Assembly: GCA_012295275.1 (NCBI GenBank)
Contig: CM022677.1
Span: 10,478,001 to 10,542,000 of the forward strand
Direction of reading: 5' to 3'
Origin: Chrysomallon squamiferum
Taxonomy: Eukaryota > Animalia > Mollusca
Length of the DNA: 64,000 nucleotides
In this document: positions 1-13,631 of the stretch, piece after piece
Layout: each line of letters starts with the position of its first letter
Position numbering within the stretch: position 1 is the stretch's first letter
Position numbers and translations under genes: made by a program
The notes under the pieces: model-generated
What the model was told of the DNA's origin: nothing
Database searches by the model: none
What the model saw: only the letters and a program-made list of their open reading frames with translations

Positions 1-331
1 GTTGTTCTTGGGGATCCATGTACAATTGGTACGAATCGATGTGGTGGGTATGGAGTTGTCTGCCTTGACAATGAGTGTCAGTGTAGAAGTGGACTGGTAC
101 CCACCTCAAATGGGTTTGGGTGTAAACCGAAACCAAACATGTACTACAGCCTGTCACAACTAGGAGAAGCCTGTGATCCAAGCAAGCGAAAGTTCTGTTT
201 TGATAGAGCGAATCAGGAGTGTGTGAATGGTTCCTGTCTGTGTAAAGCTGGTAAGAGGAATGCCACACTGGTTGATGTCAGAGCTCAGTACACGAATTTA
301 GCCCAGTGCAGAGAGAAATCTCAACCAGAAG
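1..331 (+). CDS. A1 exon type A (two 6-Cys modules), 5' end cut by window edge
   Basis: VVLGDPCTIGTNRCGGYGVVC...AQCREKSQPE; donor G|gtcagt; paralogous exons are 333 nt. Confidence 0.85.
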
Positions 332-390
332 GTCAGTATCAAATTTAGAAATATTGTTATTATTAATTTTAATGTTAATAATTTATATGG

Positions 391-422
<32 letters not shown>

Positions 423-1012
423 GGAGGGTGTGTGCATAGAGAGATTATCATCTTTTATAATTATCAGTTTATATGAAGAGTAGTTTGTGAGTATGTATGT
501 GTATACATATATATATATATATAGCGAGGCAGAGAGAGACAAATCGATTATCATCATTATAATTATTATATATGTATATTTATTTATTTATTTATTTTTG
601 TTTGTTGCAGGCTACATTCAACCAGTGACCTGTATTCAAGCAGTCATTCCTTTAACAAACTTGGGCCAAGCCTGCACAGATGATAGTTCTTGTCCAAACA
701 ATTCTGTCTGTCGTATTTCAAACTGCAAAAGACGTTGTGTGTGTGTAAACCAGGATACACAGAAGCCAATCAGAACTCAGCTTGCATTGAAAAGGTAAGA
801 TTAGAATAATGGGAATAGCAATGTGGTATTACAATGAATTGCATTGGTATTAATCAAGAACTTACAAAGTTTTATCATTTATTTTCCCATTAGTCAGAAA
901 ATAACATTATACAGTACAATTCTTTTGGTCATATACCTGTACCATTTGAGCATATTAATATTAACTTATTTTCTTATATATTTTCTTATTTATATATTCA
1001 TAAAATTAAGCA

Positions 1013-1046
<34 letters not shown>

Positions 1047-1160
1047 TATCATAATAATGACATTATACATTTTAACTTAACCTATATTTTAATTATTTTT
1101 GAAATAAAATATAAATAAAATTTGCATGTGTGTGTATGTATGTATGCATATGAGTGTATG

Positions 1161-1191
<31 letters not shown>

Positions 1192-3144
1192 GCAAAAATG
1201 TATAATGTTATTAATATATCAGATTATGTTGCTCATTTGTAACTCAGAAGTAAGAAATAGGTTCAAAATACAGTTTGTAATATCACAGAATATAATAATA
1301 TTTTGTGTGAGTACGGGTATCAGTACGTATGTGTATGTGTGTGTGTGTGTGGGCGTGTGTATTTTTATGTGTGTTCTTTCATTGCAACAAACTCTTTGGG
1401 CTTAAAATATCTAAACTATTTTCCAGTTTTATTATTATTATTATTATTTTTCTTTTCTATATTATCAAAGTGTTACACCATCATTTATATAATTCTGAGA
1501 AGTAAAAATTTAAAATTTTTCTTTTATTGCAAGTTAATTAACTAGTGCAGGAAACTCTGTACTTCTACAAGTTCTCCTTATTTGTTTGTTTATTATTCAA
1601 TTGTTTGTTTATTTATTTATGTATTGTATTTGTTCATTTCTTTATTTATTTCTATATTATTAGTTTATTGTTTACATGCTTACTTATTAATTTATTTGCT
1701 TGTTTCCTTGTTTAATTACTTATTTATAAATTTATCCTAGATGTCTTTGTTATTAATTTATATATATTTATTTTTATGAGCTTAGATGTGGTATTACAAT
1801 GAATTGTATTGGTATTAATCAACAACTAACACAATTTTAAAATTATTTGTCCCATTGGTCAGAATATATGTACAATTCTTTTGTTTATATGCATATACCA
1901 TTATAAAGATATTTGCTAGTGATAATATTAATTTACTGGTTTATATATTTTCTTATTTATACATTCATGAAATTAATTACTTATATTTTCCATTTGTCAA
2001 GAACATCAATTTCAAACATATAGTCTATTTAAACAATCTTACGACTGCTGTTATTATACTAACACAGTTACTATGACGACACTAAATCCACTTCACTGAT
2101 ACCTGCTATCTCTAGCAATGATAACTAAAAAAAAGAATTCTCTGTTTGACTAGAAGTAAATATGTATAACTTATTTTACAAGTGAGATAGATTTATATAT
2201 CTATATCTAGATCTAAGTGTTTGTATGTGTTTTGTGTGTTTGTGTGTGTGTGTGTGTGTGTGTCTGTGTGTGTGATTTTAGATAGACATATAAACTCTTT
2301 ATGTTTTGACTGTCTGAATGGAAATAAAGCATTAAATAATTTAAAAAAAAATTAATATGTTGAGCTATAAAGATGTATACATAATTATATAAATTCTTTA
2401 CAGTTTGATTGTTAGAATGAAAAATATAAATAAATAAATAAATGCGAAATTTATATGATAAGCTATAATGAGATGGGTATATTTATATAAGCTTTTAATA
2501 TTTTGTCTGCCTGGATAGAAATAAGACATGTAAATAAATAAATAAATAAATAAGTAAAGAAATAGAGAAAAAATATATATATGATAAGCAATAATGAAAT
2601 TGGATATAATTATATAACCTTTTAATATTTTGACTGCTTAAATGGAAAATAAAACACAACAGAAAAATTGATAATACAAAGTCACAATGAGATAGACATA
2701 GTTATATTAAATTGAAGTAAGATGTGAAGAAGAAAAAACAAATATTACAAATGAGCTGAAACATTTATTAAAAAGAAAAAATTTGGTTGATATAATAAGT
2801 GAGTCTTGATTGAATTTTAATCTTTTTAATAGTTTCAAAGAAATAAAATGTAGGCAGAAGTGAAAACTCAGTTAATATAATAAATTGAGTTTATTATTCT
2901 TATAGACCATTTTATATTTGCCCAGAGGAAATAGGGCAGGTATCCTAGGTGACATACAGTAATAACAACAACAGCAGCAACAAAAACAACAACAACAACG
3001 ATAATAAATAGATAATAAAATACTTTAAAACAAATGAGTATAGTATATTCAAAATATTTTTTATTCAAAGGTTTAAAGGAGGAGATAATATGTTAAATGA
3101 CAAATACACACACACACACACACACATTTTTATGTTGGATGACA

Positions 3145-3217
<73 letters not shown>

Positions 3218-3336
3218 CCCCCCAAAATATTAAATAATAATAATAAATAAATAAATGAAGTACATTAATAATATAAGTAAGAAAAATATATTTATTTTCT
3301 ATTCTGGAGTTAAACTAGAGCAGATTTTATGTTAGA

Positions 3337-3405
<69 letters not shown>

Positions 3406-4029
3406 TCCCCCAAATACATAAATAAACAAATAAACAATATTCTTAATATAAAATAAATAAAAAGAGTATACTTATTTTCTATTCAGGGGTTAAACTTGGG
3501 GAGGTTTGTGATGTCAACACTGTGTGTTCTGTGCCAGGGAGTGGCTGTGGTTCGGATGGGAGGTGTCACTGTGGGGGAGACAGCCCTCGTCAAACTACTG
3601 ATGGATTTTGTGCACCTCTGGAACTAAAACTCGTAGGGGAGCAATGTCAGGATGTTTTCTCTTGCATGACCTTTGTTACATCGTGTAACAATGGCTCCTG
3701 TCAATGCATGAATGGGTTTAGAACTGCCACTGAAGAAGAAATATTTGCCAAACCTGAAAAATGGAGAGAACTTGGAAAATGCAGACCAATCGATTTTTCC
3801 CCAGAGACTCAGTCTGGTTAGTATATGTGCACTTGTTCGGGTTTATTGCGTTTGGCTTTTATTATTTTGGCATGACTTAACTTTCGATTTTACAATTTGC
3901 ACGTGATCTTTTCATTTTAGTTGAATGATTTACTGTAGGCCACCACAAAATTTGTAGTTTTGGTGGTAACAAGAAATAATCTTAGTATCTATATCTATAT
4001 ATAAAAATATAGATATATTAAGATTATTT

Positions 4030-4070
<41 letters not shown>

Positions 4071-4870
4071 TACGCTTATTCTGTTTCAATCTTGTATGCA
4101 AGATGCAGTGGTGTGCAGAGATCCGGTGATGCCCAACACCAACTCTTTTATTGTATGCCCAAAGATTCCAGTATAAGACCTAGAAATATTATTAGACAGG
4201 AAGATATTTTGAATATGTAAACAAAGATGAAAATAAAATAAACACTTTATTCAATTTAAATATAAATCAACCAAATTTATTAAGTTCTTTTCTCTGACTG
4301 GATGCCCCCCCTCAGCATGCCACTGACAAGATTTCTGCTGTTAGACTGGCACAGTAGCATGAAAACTGAATTCAAATAAAAGTTTACTTTGTGTTTCCTG
4401 CACTAGTACCACACCTGCATATTTAGAATTCATTATTAATTTTATATATTACAGTAATTAATTATACTTAATTGTTTTGGAATAATTTTTTGTGATCATC
4501 ATCATGTTTAACATCACCATTGTCAATATCATCATCATAGTCATCAACATCATCACATCATCTGTAGCATCATCAGTCATTACCATCATTATAATTTATA
4601 TTACCATCATCATTATCACTATCACCATTAGAATATCATCATCATCAACATTTCATTTTTCTGTTAATTACAACTTTTTTTCTTTCAGATGATGGAAAAA
4701 ATTGCACATTTGGTAAGCTACAAATTTTGACTATCTGTCTATCTATCTACATAACCAGTTATCTGTCTACATATACATACACCTATGAAAGCCTGTGTAT
4801 GTTATATAAATATATGTGTGTGTGTGTGTGTCTGTGTGAGTGTGTGTGGTAGTGTGTTTTTCTGTGTTAG

Positions 4871-4901
<31 letters not shown>

Positions 4902-5577
4902 TAAATGTAAAACGTTTATTTCCAGCTAAAATTTGTGATGTTTGCAATGACACAACATTATGTCCCCTGCACTCAAAGTGTATGAATGGTTCAGGAGGTT
5001 GTGGTAGACGATGTTGGTGTGAATCTGGTTATGCTCCTTATAGCTCCACAACCCTTGAGAAATGTATTCCAGGTAAGAGTTTGTTTCATTAGTAGTAGTA
5101 CTGCTACTATTACTACTATTAATGCTACTACTACTGCTACTTCTACTACTACTACTACTACTACTACTACTGATAATAATAATAATAGTAATAATAATAA
5201 AATTTAAAGAATAGAAATTATAATAAAGCTAAGAAAATAATAATTATTATAATAATAGTAATAATTATAATAATAGTAACAATAACAGTAACAATAATAA
5301 TAATAAAGTAATAACAATAATAATAAATAATAACAAAATAACAAAAAAATAATTATAATAACAATAAAATAATAACAATAATAATAACATTAAGAATAGC
5401 AATAATAATAAAACAATGAAAATAATATATATTAATAATAATAATAATAATAAAATAATAATAATAATAATAATAATGCTAATAATAAATAACAAAATAA
5501 TAACAACAACAATAATAATAAAATAATAACAATAATAATAACAATAATAAGTATAGCAATAATAATAAGACAAGAAA

Positions 5578-5620
<43 letters not shown>

Positions 5621-6322
5621 AAAGAACATTTTATATTAATTGACTTTATTTATTCTGTTTCAAAAAAATTCAAAGAAATATATTAACTTTAATGATTGTA
5701 TTTATTTATTTTTCATTTGTTTATTTATTTAATTTATTTCTATTTTGGTTTGTTTAATTGTTTGTTTCTTATTGATTTTATTCATTCATTCATTCACTCA
5801 TTCATTTATAAATATTCCTATGTTATGTTTCATTCAGTTGTGGTTCTTGGGCAGCCATGTTCAGTTGGTACAGATCGATGTGGTGGATATGGAGTTGTCT
5901 GCCTTAACAACGTGTGTCAGTGTAGAAGTGGACTGGTAGCCACCTCAAACCGGTTTGGGTGTAAACCGAATCCAAACATGTACTACAGCCTGTCACAACT
6001 AGGAGAAGCCTGTGATCCAATCAATCGGGAGTTCTGTTTTGATAGAGCAAATCAGGAGTGTGTGAATGGTTCCTGTCTGTGTAAAGCTGGTAAGAGGAAT
6101 GCCACACTGGTTGATGTCAGAGCTCAGTACACAAATTTAGCCCAGTGCAGAGAGAAATCTCAACCAGAAGGTAAGTATCAAATTTAGAAATATTGTTATA
6201 ACTTTTAATGTTAATAATTTATATGGAGTGTGAAGTGTGTGTGTGTGTGTGGGAGGGTGTGTGCATAGAGAGATTATCATCTTTTATAATTATCAGTTTA
6301 TATGAAGAGTAGTTTGTGAGTA

Positions 6323-6356
<34 letters not shown>

Positions 6357-9061
6357 GTGAGGCAGAGAGAGACAAATCGATTATCATCATTATAATTATT
6401 ATATATGTATATTTATTTATTTATTTATTTTTTGTTTGCTGCAGGCTACATTCAACCAGTGACCTGTATTCAAGCAGTCTTTCCTTTTACAAACTTGGGC
6501 CAAGCCTGCACAGATGATAGTTCTTGTCCAATCAATTCTGTCTGTCGTATTTCAAACTGCAAAAGACGTTGTGTGTGTAAACCAGGATACACAGAAGCCA
6601 ATCAGAACTCAGCTTGCATTAAAGGTAAGATAGAGTTTGAATCACTGGCCAATCAGAACTAAGCTTGAATTAAAGGTAAGATAATGTTTGAATCACTAGC
6701 CAATCAGAACTCAGCTTGAATTAAAGGTAAGATGATGTTTGAATCACTGGCCAATCAGAACTCAGCTTGCATTAAAGGTAAGATGAGAATAATGAGAATA
6801 GCAATGTGGTATTACAATGAATTGCATTGGTATTAATCAAGAACTTACAAAGTTTTATCATTTATTTTCCCATTAGTCAGAAAATAGGTACAATTCTTTT
6901 GGTTAGATACCTGTACCATTTGAGCATATTGTAAAAAGAAATTAGGTTAGCAATAATATTAACTTATTTACTGATATATTTTCTTATTTATATATTCATA
7001 AAATTAATGTGTATATATATATAATAATAATAATAATAATATTATACATTTTTAACTATTTTAATTATTTTTTAAATAAATATAAATAAAATTTGTTGTG
7101 TGCATGTGTGTGTATGTATGTATGTATATGAGTGTATATATATATATATGTACATATACAAAAATGTATAATGTTATTAATATATCAGATTATATTGCTC
7201 ATTTGTAACTCAGAAGTAATAAATAGGTTCAAAATACTGTTTGTAATATCACAGAATATAATAATATTTTGTGTGAGTACGTGTATCAGTACGTATGTGT
7301 GTGTCTGGGGGGTATCTTTATGTGTGTTCTTTCAGTGCAACAAACTCTTTGGGCTTAAAATATCTAAACTATATTTCAGTTTTATTATTATTATTATTAT
7401 TTTTATTTTCTATATTTTCAAAGTGTTACACCATCATTTATATAATTCTGAGAAGTAAAAATTGAAAATTTTTCTTTTATTGTAAGTTAATTAACTAGTG
7501 CAGGAAACTCTGGACTTCTACAAGTTCTGTTTATTTGTTTGTTTATTACAAGTTCTGTTTATTTGTTTATTTCTTTATTTATTTCTATATTATTAGTTTA
7601 TTGTTTACATGCTTACTTATTAATTTATTTGCTTGTTTCCTTGTTTAATTACTTATTTATAAATTTATCCTAGATGTCTTTGTTATTAATTTATATATAT
7701 TTATTTTTATGAGCTTAGACTATTCAATGAATTGTATTGGTATTAATCAACAACTAACACAATTTTAAAATTATTTGTCCCATTGGTCAGAATATTATGT
7801 ACAATTCTTTTGTTTATATGCATGTACCATTTCACCATATTATAAAGATATTTGCTAGTGGTAATATTAATTTACTGGTTTATATATTTTCTTATTTATA
7901 CATTCATGAAATTAATTACTTATATTTTCCATTTGTCAAGAACATCAATTTCAAACATATAGTCTATTTAAACAATCTTACGACTGCTGTTATCATACTA
8001 ACACAGCTACTATGATGACACTAAATCCACTTCACTGATACCTGCTATCTCTAGCAATGATAACTAAACAGAGAATTCTCTGTTTGAATAGAAGTAAATA
8101 TGTATAACTTATTTTACAAGTGAGATAGATTTATATATTTATATCTAAATCTAAGTGTGTGTGTGTGTATGTTTTGTGTGTGTGTGTATGTGTGTGTGTG
8201 TGTGTAATTTCAGATAGACATATAAACACTTTATGTTTTGACTGTCTGAAAGGAAATAAAGCATTGAATAATTTAAAAAAAATAATTAATATGTTAAACT
8301 ATAAAGACGTATACATAATTATATAAATTCTTTACAGTTTGATTGTTACAATGAAAAATATAAATAAATAAATAAATGTGAAATTTATATGATAAGCTAT
8401 AATGAGATGGGTATATTTATATAAGCTTTTAATATTTTGTCTTCCTGGATAGAAATAAGACATGTAAATAAATAAAGAAATAAGTAAAGAAAGAGAGAAA
8501 AAAAATATATATGATAAGCAATAATGAAATTGGATATAACTATATAACCTTTTAATATTTTGACTGCTTAAATGGAAAATAAAACACAACAGAAAAATTG
8601 ATAATACAAAGTCACAATGAGATAGACATAGTTATATTAAATTGAAGTAGATGTGAAGAAGAAAAAACAAATATTACAAATGAGATGAAACATTTATTAG
8701 AAAGAAAAAATTTGGTTGATATAATAAGTGAGTCTTGATTGAATTTTAATCTTTTTAATAGTTTCAAAGAAATAAAATGTAGGCAGAAGTGAAAACTCAG
8801 TTAATATAAAAAATAGAGTTTATTATTCTTATAGACCATTTTATATTTGCGCAGAGGAAATAGGGCAGGTATCCTAGGTGACATACAGTAACAACAACGA
8901 TAATAAATAGATAATAAAATACTTTAAAAACAACAACAACAATTTTTTTAATAAATAGATAATAAAAAATACTTTAAAACAAACAGACATAGTATATTCT
9001 TATTTTATTCAAGGTTTAAAGGAGGACACAGGTACACACACACACACACACACAAGACACA

Positions 9062-9123
<62 letters not shown>

Positions 9124-9245
9124 CAAACTCCCAAAATATTAAATAATAACAATAAATAAATAAATGAAGTATATTAATAATATAAGTAAGAAAAATATAT
9201 TAATTTTCTATTCTGGAGTTAAACTAGCACAGATTTTATGTTAGA

Positions 9246-9287
<42 letters not shown>

Positions 9288-9288
9288 A

Positions 9289-9330
<42 letters not shown>

Positions 9331-10924
9331 TCCCCAAAATACAGAAATAAACAAATAAACAATATTCTTAATATAAAATATATAAAAAGAGTATACTTAT
9401 TTTCTATTCAGGGGCTAAACTTGGGGAGGTTTGTGATGTCAACACTGTGTGTTCTGTGCCAGGGAGTGGCTGTGGTCTGGATGGGAGGTGCCACTGTGGG
9501 GGAGACACCCCTCGTCAAACGTCTGATGGATTTTGTGCACCCCTGGAACTAAAACTCGTAGGAGAACAATGTCAGAATGTTTGCTCATGCATGGCCTTTG
9601 TTACATCTTGTGACAATGGCTCCTGTCAATGCATCAATGGCTTTAGATCTGCCACTGAAGAAGAAATATTTGCCAAACCTGAAAAATGGAGAGAACTTGG
9701 AAAATGCAGACCAAACGATTATTCACCAGAGACTCAGTCTGGTTAGTATTGGTGCACTTGACCGGGTTTAATTCATTTGGCTTTTATTGTTTTGGCATGA
9801 ATTACTTTTTGATTTTACAATTTGTACGTGATCTTTTCATTATATTTGCATGATTTGCTGCAGTCCAGCATATGATTTGGTGGTAACAAGAAATAATCTT
9901 AATATATATATATATATATTATTTAGGTGCAGTCAAGTTATTAGGTAAATTTGTTTCTTAGGATTGAAAAATAAATAAGTAAATAAAGCTATAACTTTTC
10001 CAGTTGTTAAAGATACAAATGGCAGCATTCAGAGGCAACTTGAAAGTATAAACATACATAATATTCGTTCATACAGGAATAGATTCAGTTCAAGTTGTGA
10101 AGGTTATTAAAACATGGTTTCAAAATGTGTTATTTCATACTAAGTTAGGCTGCTCAAATCTTTAAAATAAAAAACTTTAAAGTATAAATAATTTCAGTTA
10201 GGCTACTCATTCATCAGACCACTGCTGTAAACTGAATTCCACTTGTGTATGGTGGATTCCTAATGCTTAATATTATTTCATACTTTATTATTATTAAAGT
10301 AAGACTGCTCAAAACTATAACATTAAAAACTTTTCAGTATAAATAATTTCAATAAGACTCTTTATTCATAATGTTATTTTATTTCTGTTTTTAAGCACAT
10401 GCACTAATGGTAGTTGCCTTCTTGTAATGTTTAGTGATTCAACACCTGTTTAGTGATTACAAACCAAATATAATAAACAGTGGTCTGATAATGACAAATA
10501 ACTATTTTTGCCTAACTGTAATGCTTACTGTTTATGGTTATGCAAGTAAGTAAAGTAATATTTTTCAGCTATGGTTATGCATGGGGTATTACTGTATTAT
10601 TTTTTTTAATTTTATGTGTAATGTAAATATTATTTTCCTGGTGATTGTCTGTGCAGTTTTAATTAATGTTTATGATTTGTGCAAATGCTTTAAGTAAAGA
10701 TTTTTTTTGGTTGTAATGATTCTGCATGGATGATGGCTAAAGCTTGTTGTATATGGTTGCCTCGGCTATCAATTAAAAAACTTGCTAGGATAAATAATAT
10801 ATATTGTTCTTTTGATAGTGTTTTATTTTTGTAACTGTTTTAATACTTTGATGGTCACTTAAAGCTATCCTTTATTTTAATAATGATGATGATGATATTA
10901 ATAACAGCATTAGTAGTAGTATGA

Positions 10925-10962
<38 letters not shown>

Positions 10963-11700
10963 TAGTTTTAATGTATTATTATTATAATTTTAATAACTTG
11001 GTGTTTGTGCGTTTTTCTTTAATTCATTCATTATTTAGCATTCTTTAGCATGACTATCTATACATATTTTAACTTCATAATTTGATAATTTTATATATAT
11101 ATAACTGCTTGACTGTATGTCCCAAAGACTCAAGTTCCAAAGACTCAAGACCTGTCACTGAGACATATTATGAGAAAGGAAGATATTGTGAACACAGTTT
11201 AAAATAAAATAAACACTTTATTCAATTTAAATATAAATCAACCAAATTTATTAAGTTCTTTTCTCTGACTGGATGCCCCCCCCCTCTGGATGCCACTGAC
11301 AAGATGTCTGCTGTTAGACTGCACAGTTGCATGAAAACTGAATTCAAATAAAAGTTTACTTTGTGTTTCCTGCACTAGTACCACACCTACATATTTAGAA
11401 TACATTATTAATTTTATATATTACAGTAATTAATTACACTTAATTGTTTTGGATTAATTTTTTGTGATCATCATCATGTTTGTCATCACCATTTTCAATA
11501 TCATCATCATAGTCATCAACATCATCACATCATCTGTACCATCATCAGTCATTACCATCATCATTATCACTATCACCATTAGAATATCATCATCATCAAC
11601 ATTTCATTTTTCTGATAATTACTACTTTTTCTTTCAGATGATGGAAAAAATTGCACATTTGGTAAGCTACAAATACATATCTGTCTACCTGTCTTTGTTT

Positions 11701-11767
<67 letters not shown>

Positions 11768-12040
11768 GGGTTTGTGTGTGTATGTGTGAGTCTGTGTGTG
11801 TGTGTGTTTTGCATTTTATATATATATATATATATAATGTAAACATTTATTTGCAGCTAAAGTTGGTGATATTTGCAATGACACAGTAATATGTCCCCTG
11901 CACTCAAAGTGTATGAATTGTTCAGGAGGTTCTGGTAGACGATGTTGGTGTGAATCTGGTTATGCTCCTTACAGCTCCACAACCCTTGAGAAATGTGTTC
12001 CAGGTAAGAGTTGTTTTTAATCATAATCATAATAATAATC

Positions 12041-12071
<31 letters not shown>

Positions 12072-12197
12072 AGAAACATCACATGTTTATTAATTTTATT
12101 TATTCTCTTTCAAAAGATTTACACCTCTCTCTCTGACGCTGTCTCTCTTTTACAGTTCTTTTCTTTTCTTCCTTTTCTTCATTGTTAATTGTTACTT

Positions 12198-12240
<43 letters not shown>

Positions 12241-13554
12241 TAACTACAATAACAATAACATTAATAATAATAATAATAATAATATAAATAATACCATTAA
12301 TAATGGTAATAAAATAATAATAATAACAATAATAAGAATAGCAATAATAATAAAGCTAAGAAAATAATAATAATTTTGTTTATTTTTTCATTTATTCATT
12401 CATTCATTGTTGTTATATAAATTTACATAAATGTTTTAAATATTCCTATGTTATGTTTCATTCAGTTGTGGTTCTTGGGGAGCCATGTACAATTGGTATG
12501 AATCGATGTGGTGGATATGGAGTTGTCTGCCTTGACAGGAAGTGTCAGTGTAGAAGTGGGCTGGTAGCCACCTCAAATGGGTTTGGGTGTAAACCGAAAC
12601 CAAACATGTACTACAGTGTGTCACAACTAGGAGAAGCCTGTGATCCAAGCAACCGAAAGTTCTGTTTTGATAAAGCAAATCAGGAGTGTGTGAATGGTTC
12701 CTGTCTGTGTAAAGCTGGTAAGAGGAATGCCACATTGGTTGATGTCAGAGCTCAGTACACAAATTTAGCCCAGTGCAGAGAGGAATCTCAACCAAAAGGT
12801 AAGTATCAAATTCAGAAATATTTAAATAAACTTTTAGTGTTTATTAATTTATATGGAGCGTGAAGTATGTGTGTGTATATATATATATATATGTGAATGT
12901 GTATTTATTTATTTATTTATTAATTCCACCAGTGACCTGCTTGTATATGTATTTATTTATTTATTTATTTATTTCAGGCTATGTTCCACCAGTGACCTGA
13001 GTATATGTGTATTTATTTATTTATTTATTTATTAATTTATTTATTACTGGCTATATTCCACCAGTGACCTGTGTATACGTGTATTTATTTATTTATTTAT
13101 TTATTTATTTCAGGCTATGTTCCTCCAGTGACCTGTATTCAAGGAGTCCTTCCTTTAAGGGCTGATCCCCCTGACTTTACATCAGAAGCTGAAGGTAAAA
13201 ATTGTGTAATAATTATGTTGTCATATACACTTTATCAGGACATAAAGTACGAATATATAGGATGTATGTTAGAACTAACATATAGGATGTATATCAGTAC
13301 TGGTATAGGATGTATGTTAGGACTAATATCTAGTACAATATGGTAGCAGCAGAGGTGTTGTTAGTATTTCTGTTTCTCTGTGTTTTCTGTGACTTGTGAG
13401 GTTTAAAATTAACATTGCAGGTTCCTCACCTTATCTGTTTTTCTATGTGCTGGTCCCAGCAGTACTGATTCTGACAGCTGTGCTTGTAACAGTGACCACT
13501 ATTATACGCAGAAGGTGAGCAAAAAAACAGAAAGACAGACACACACTCAGACAC

Positions 13555-13631
<77 letters not shown>

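Noticed and set aside
10003-10035. Possible extra micro-exon ttttccag|TTGTTAAAGATACAAATGGCAGC in C-D introns
   Set aside because: No consistent donor, absent from the first C-D intron, and a TAG in the copy near 60530
12451-12735. Recurrent minus-strand 94-aa ORF (also 28485-28772 and 62531-62815)
   Set aside because: Antisense to exon A; its recurrence reflects exon duplication
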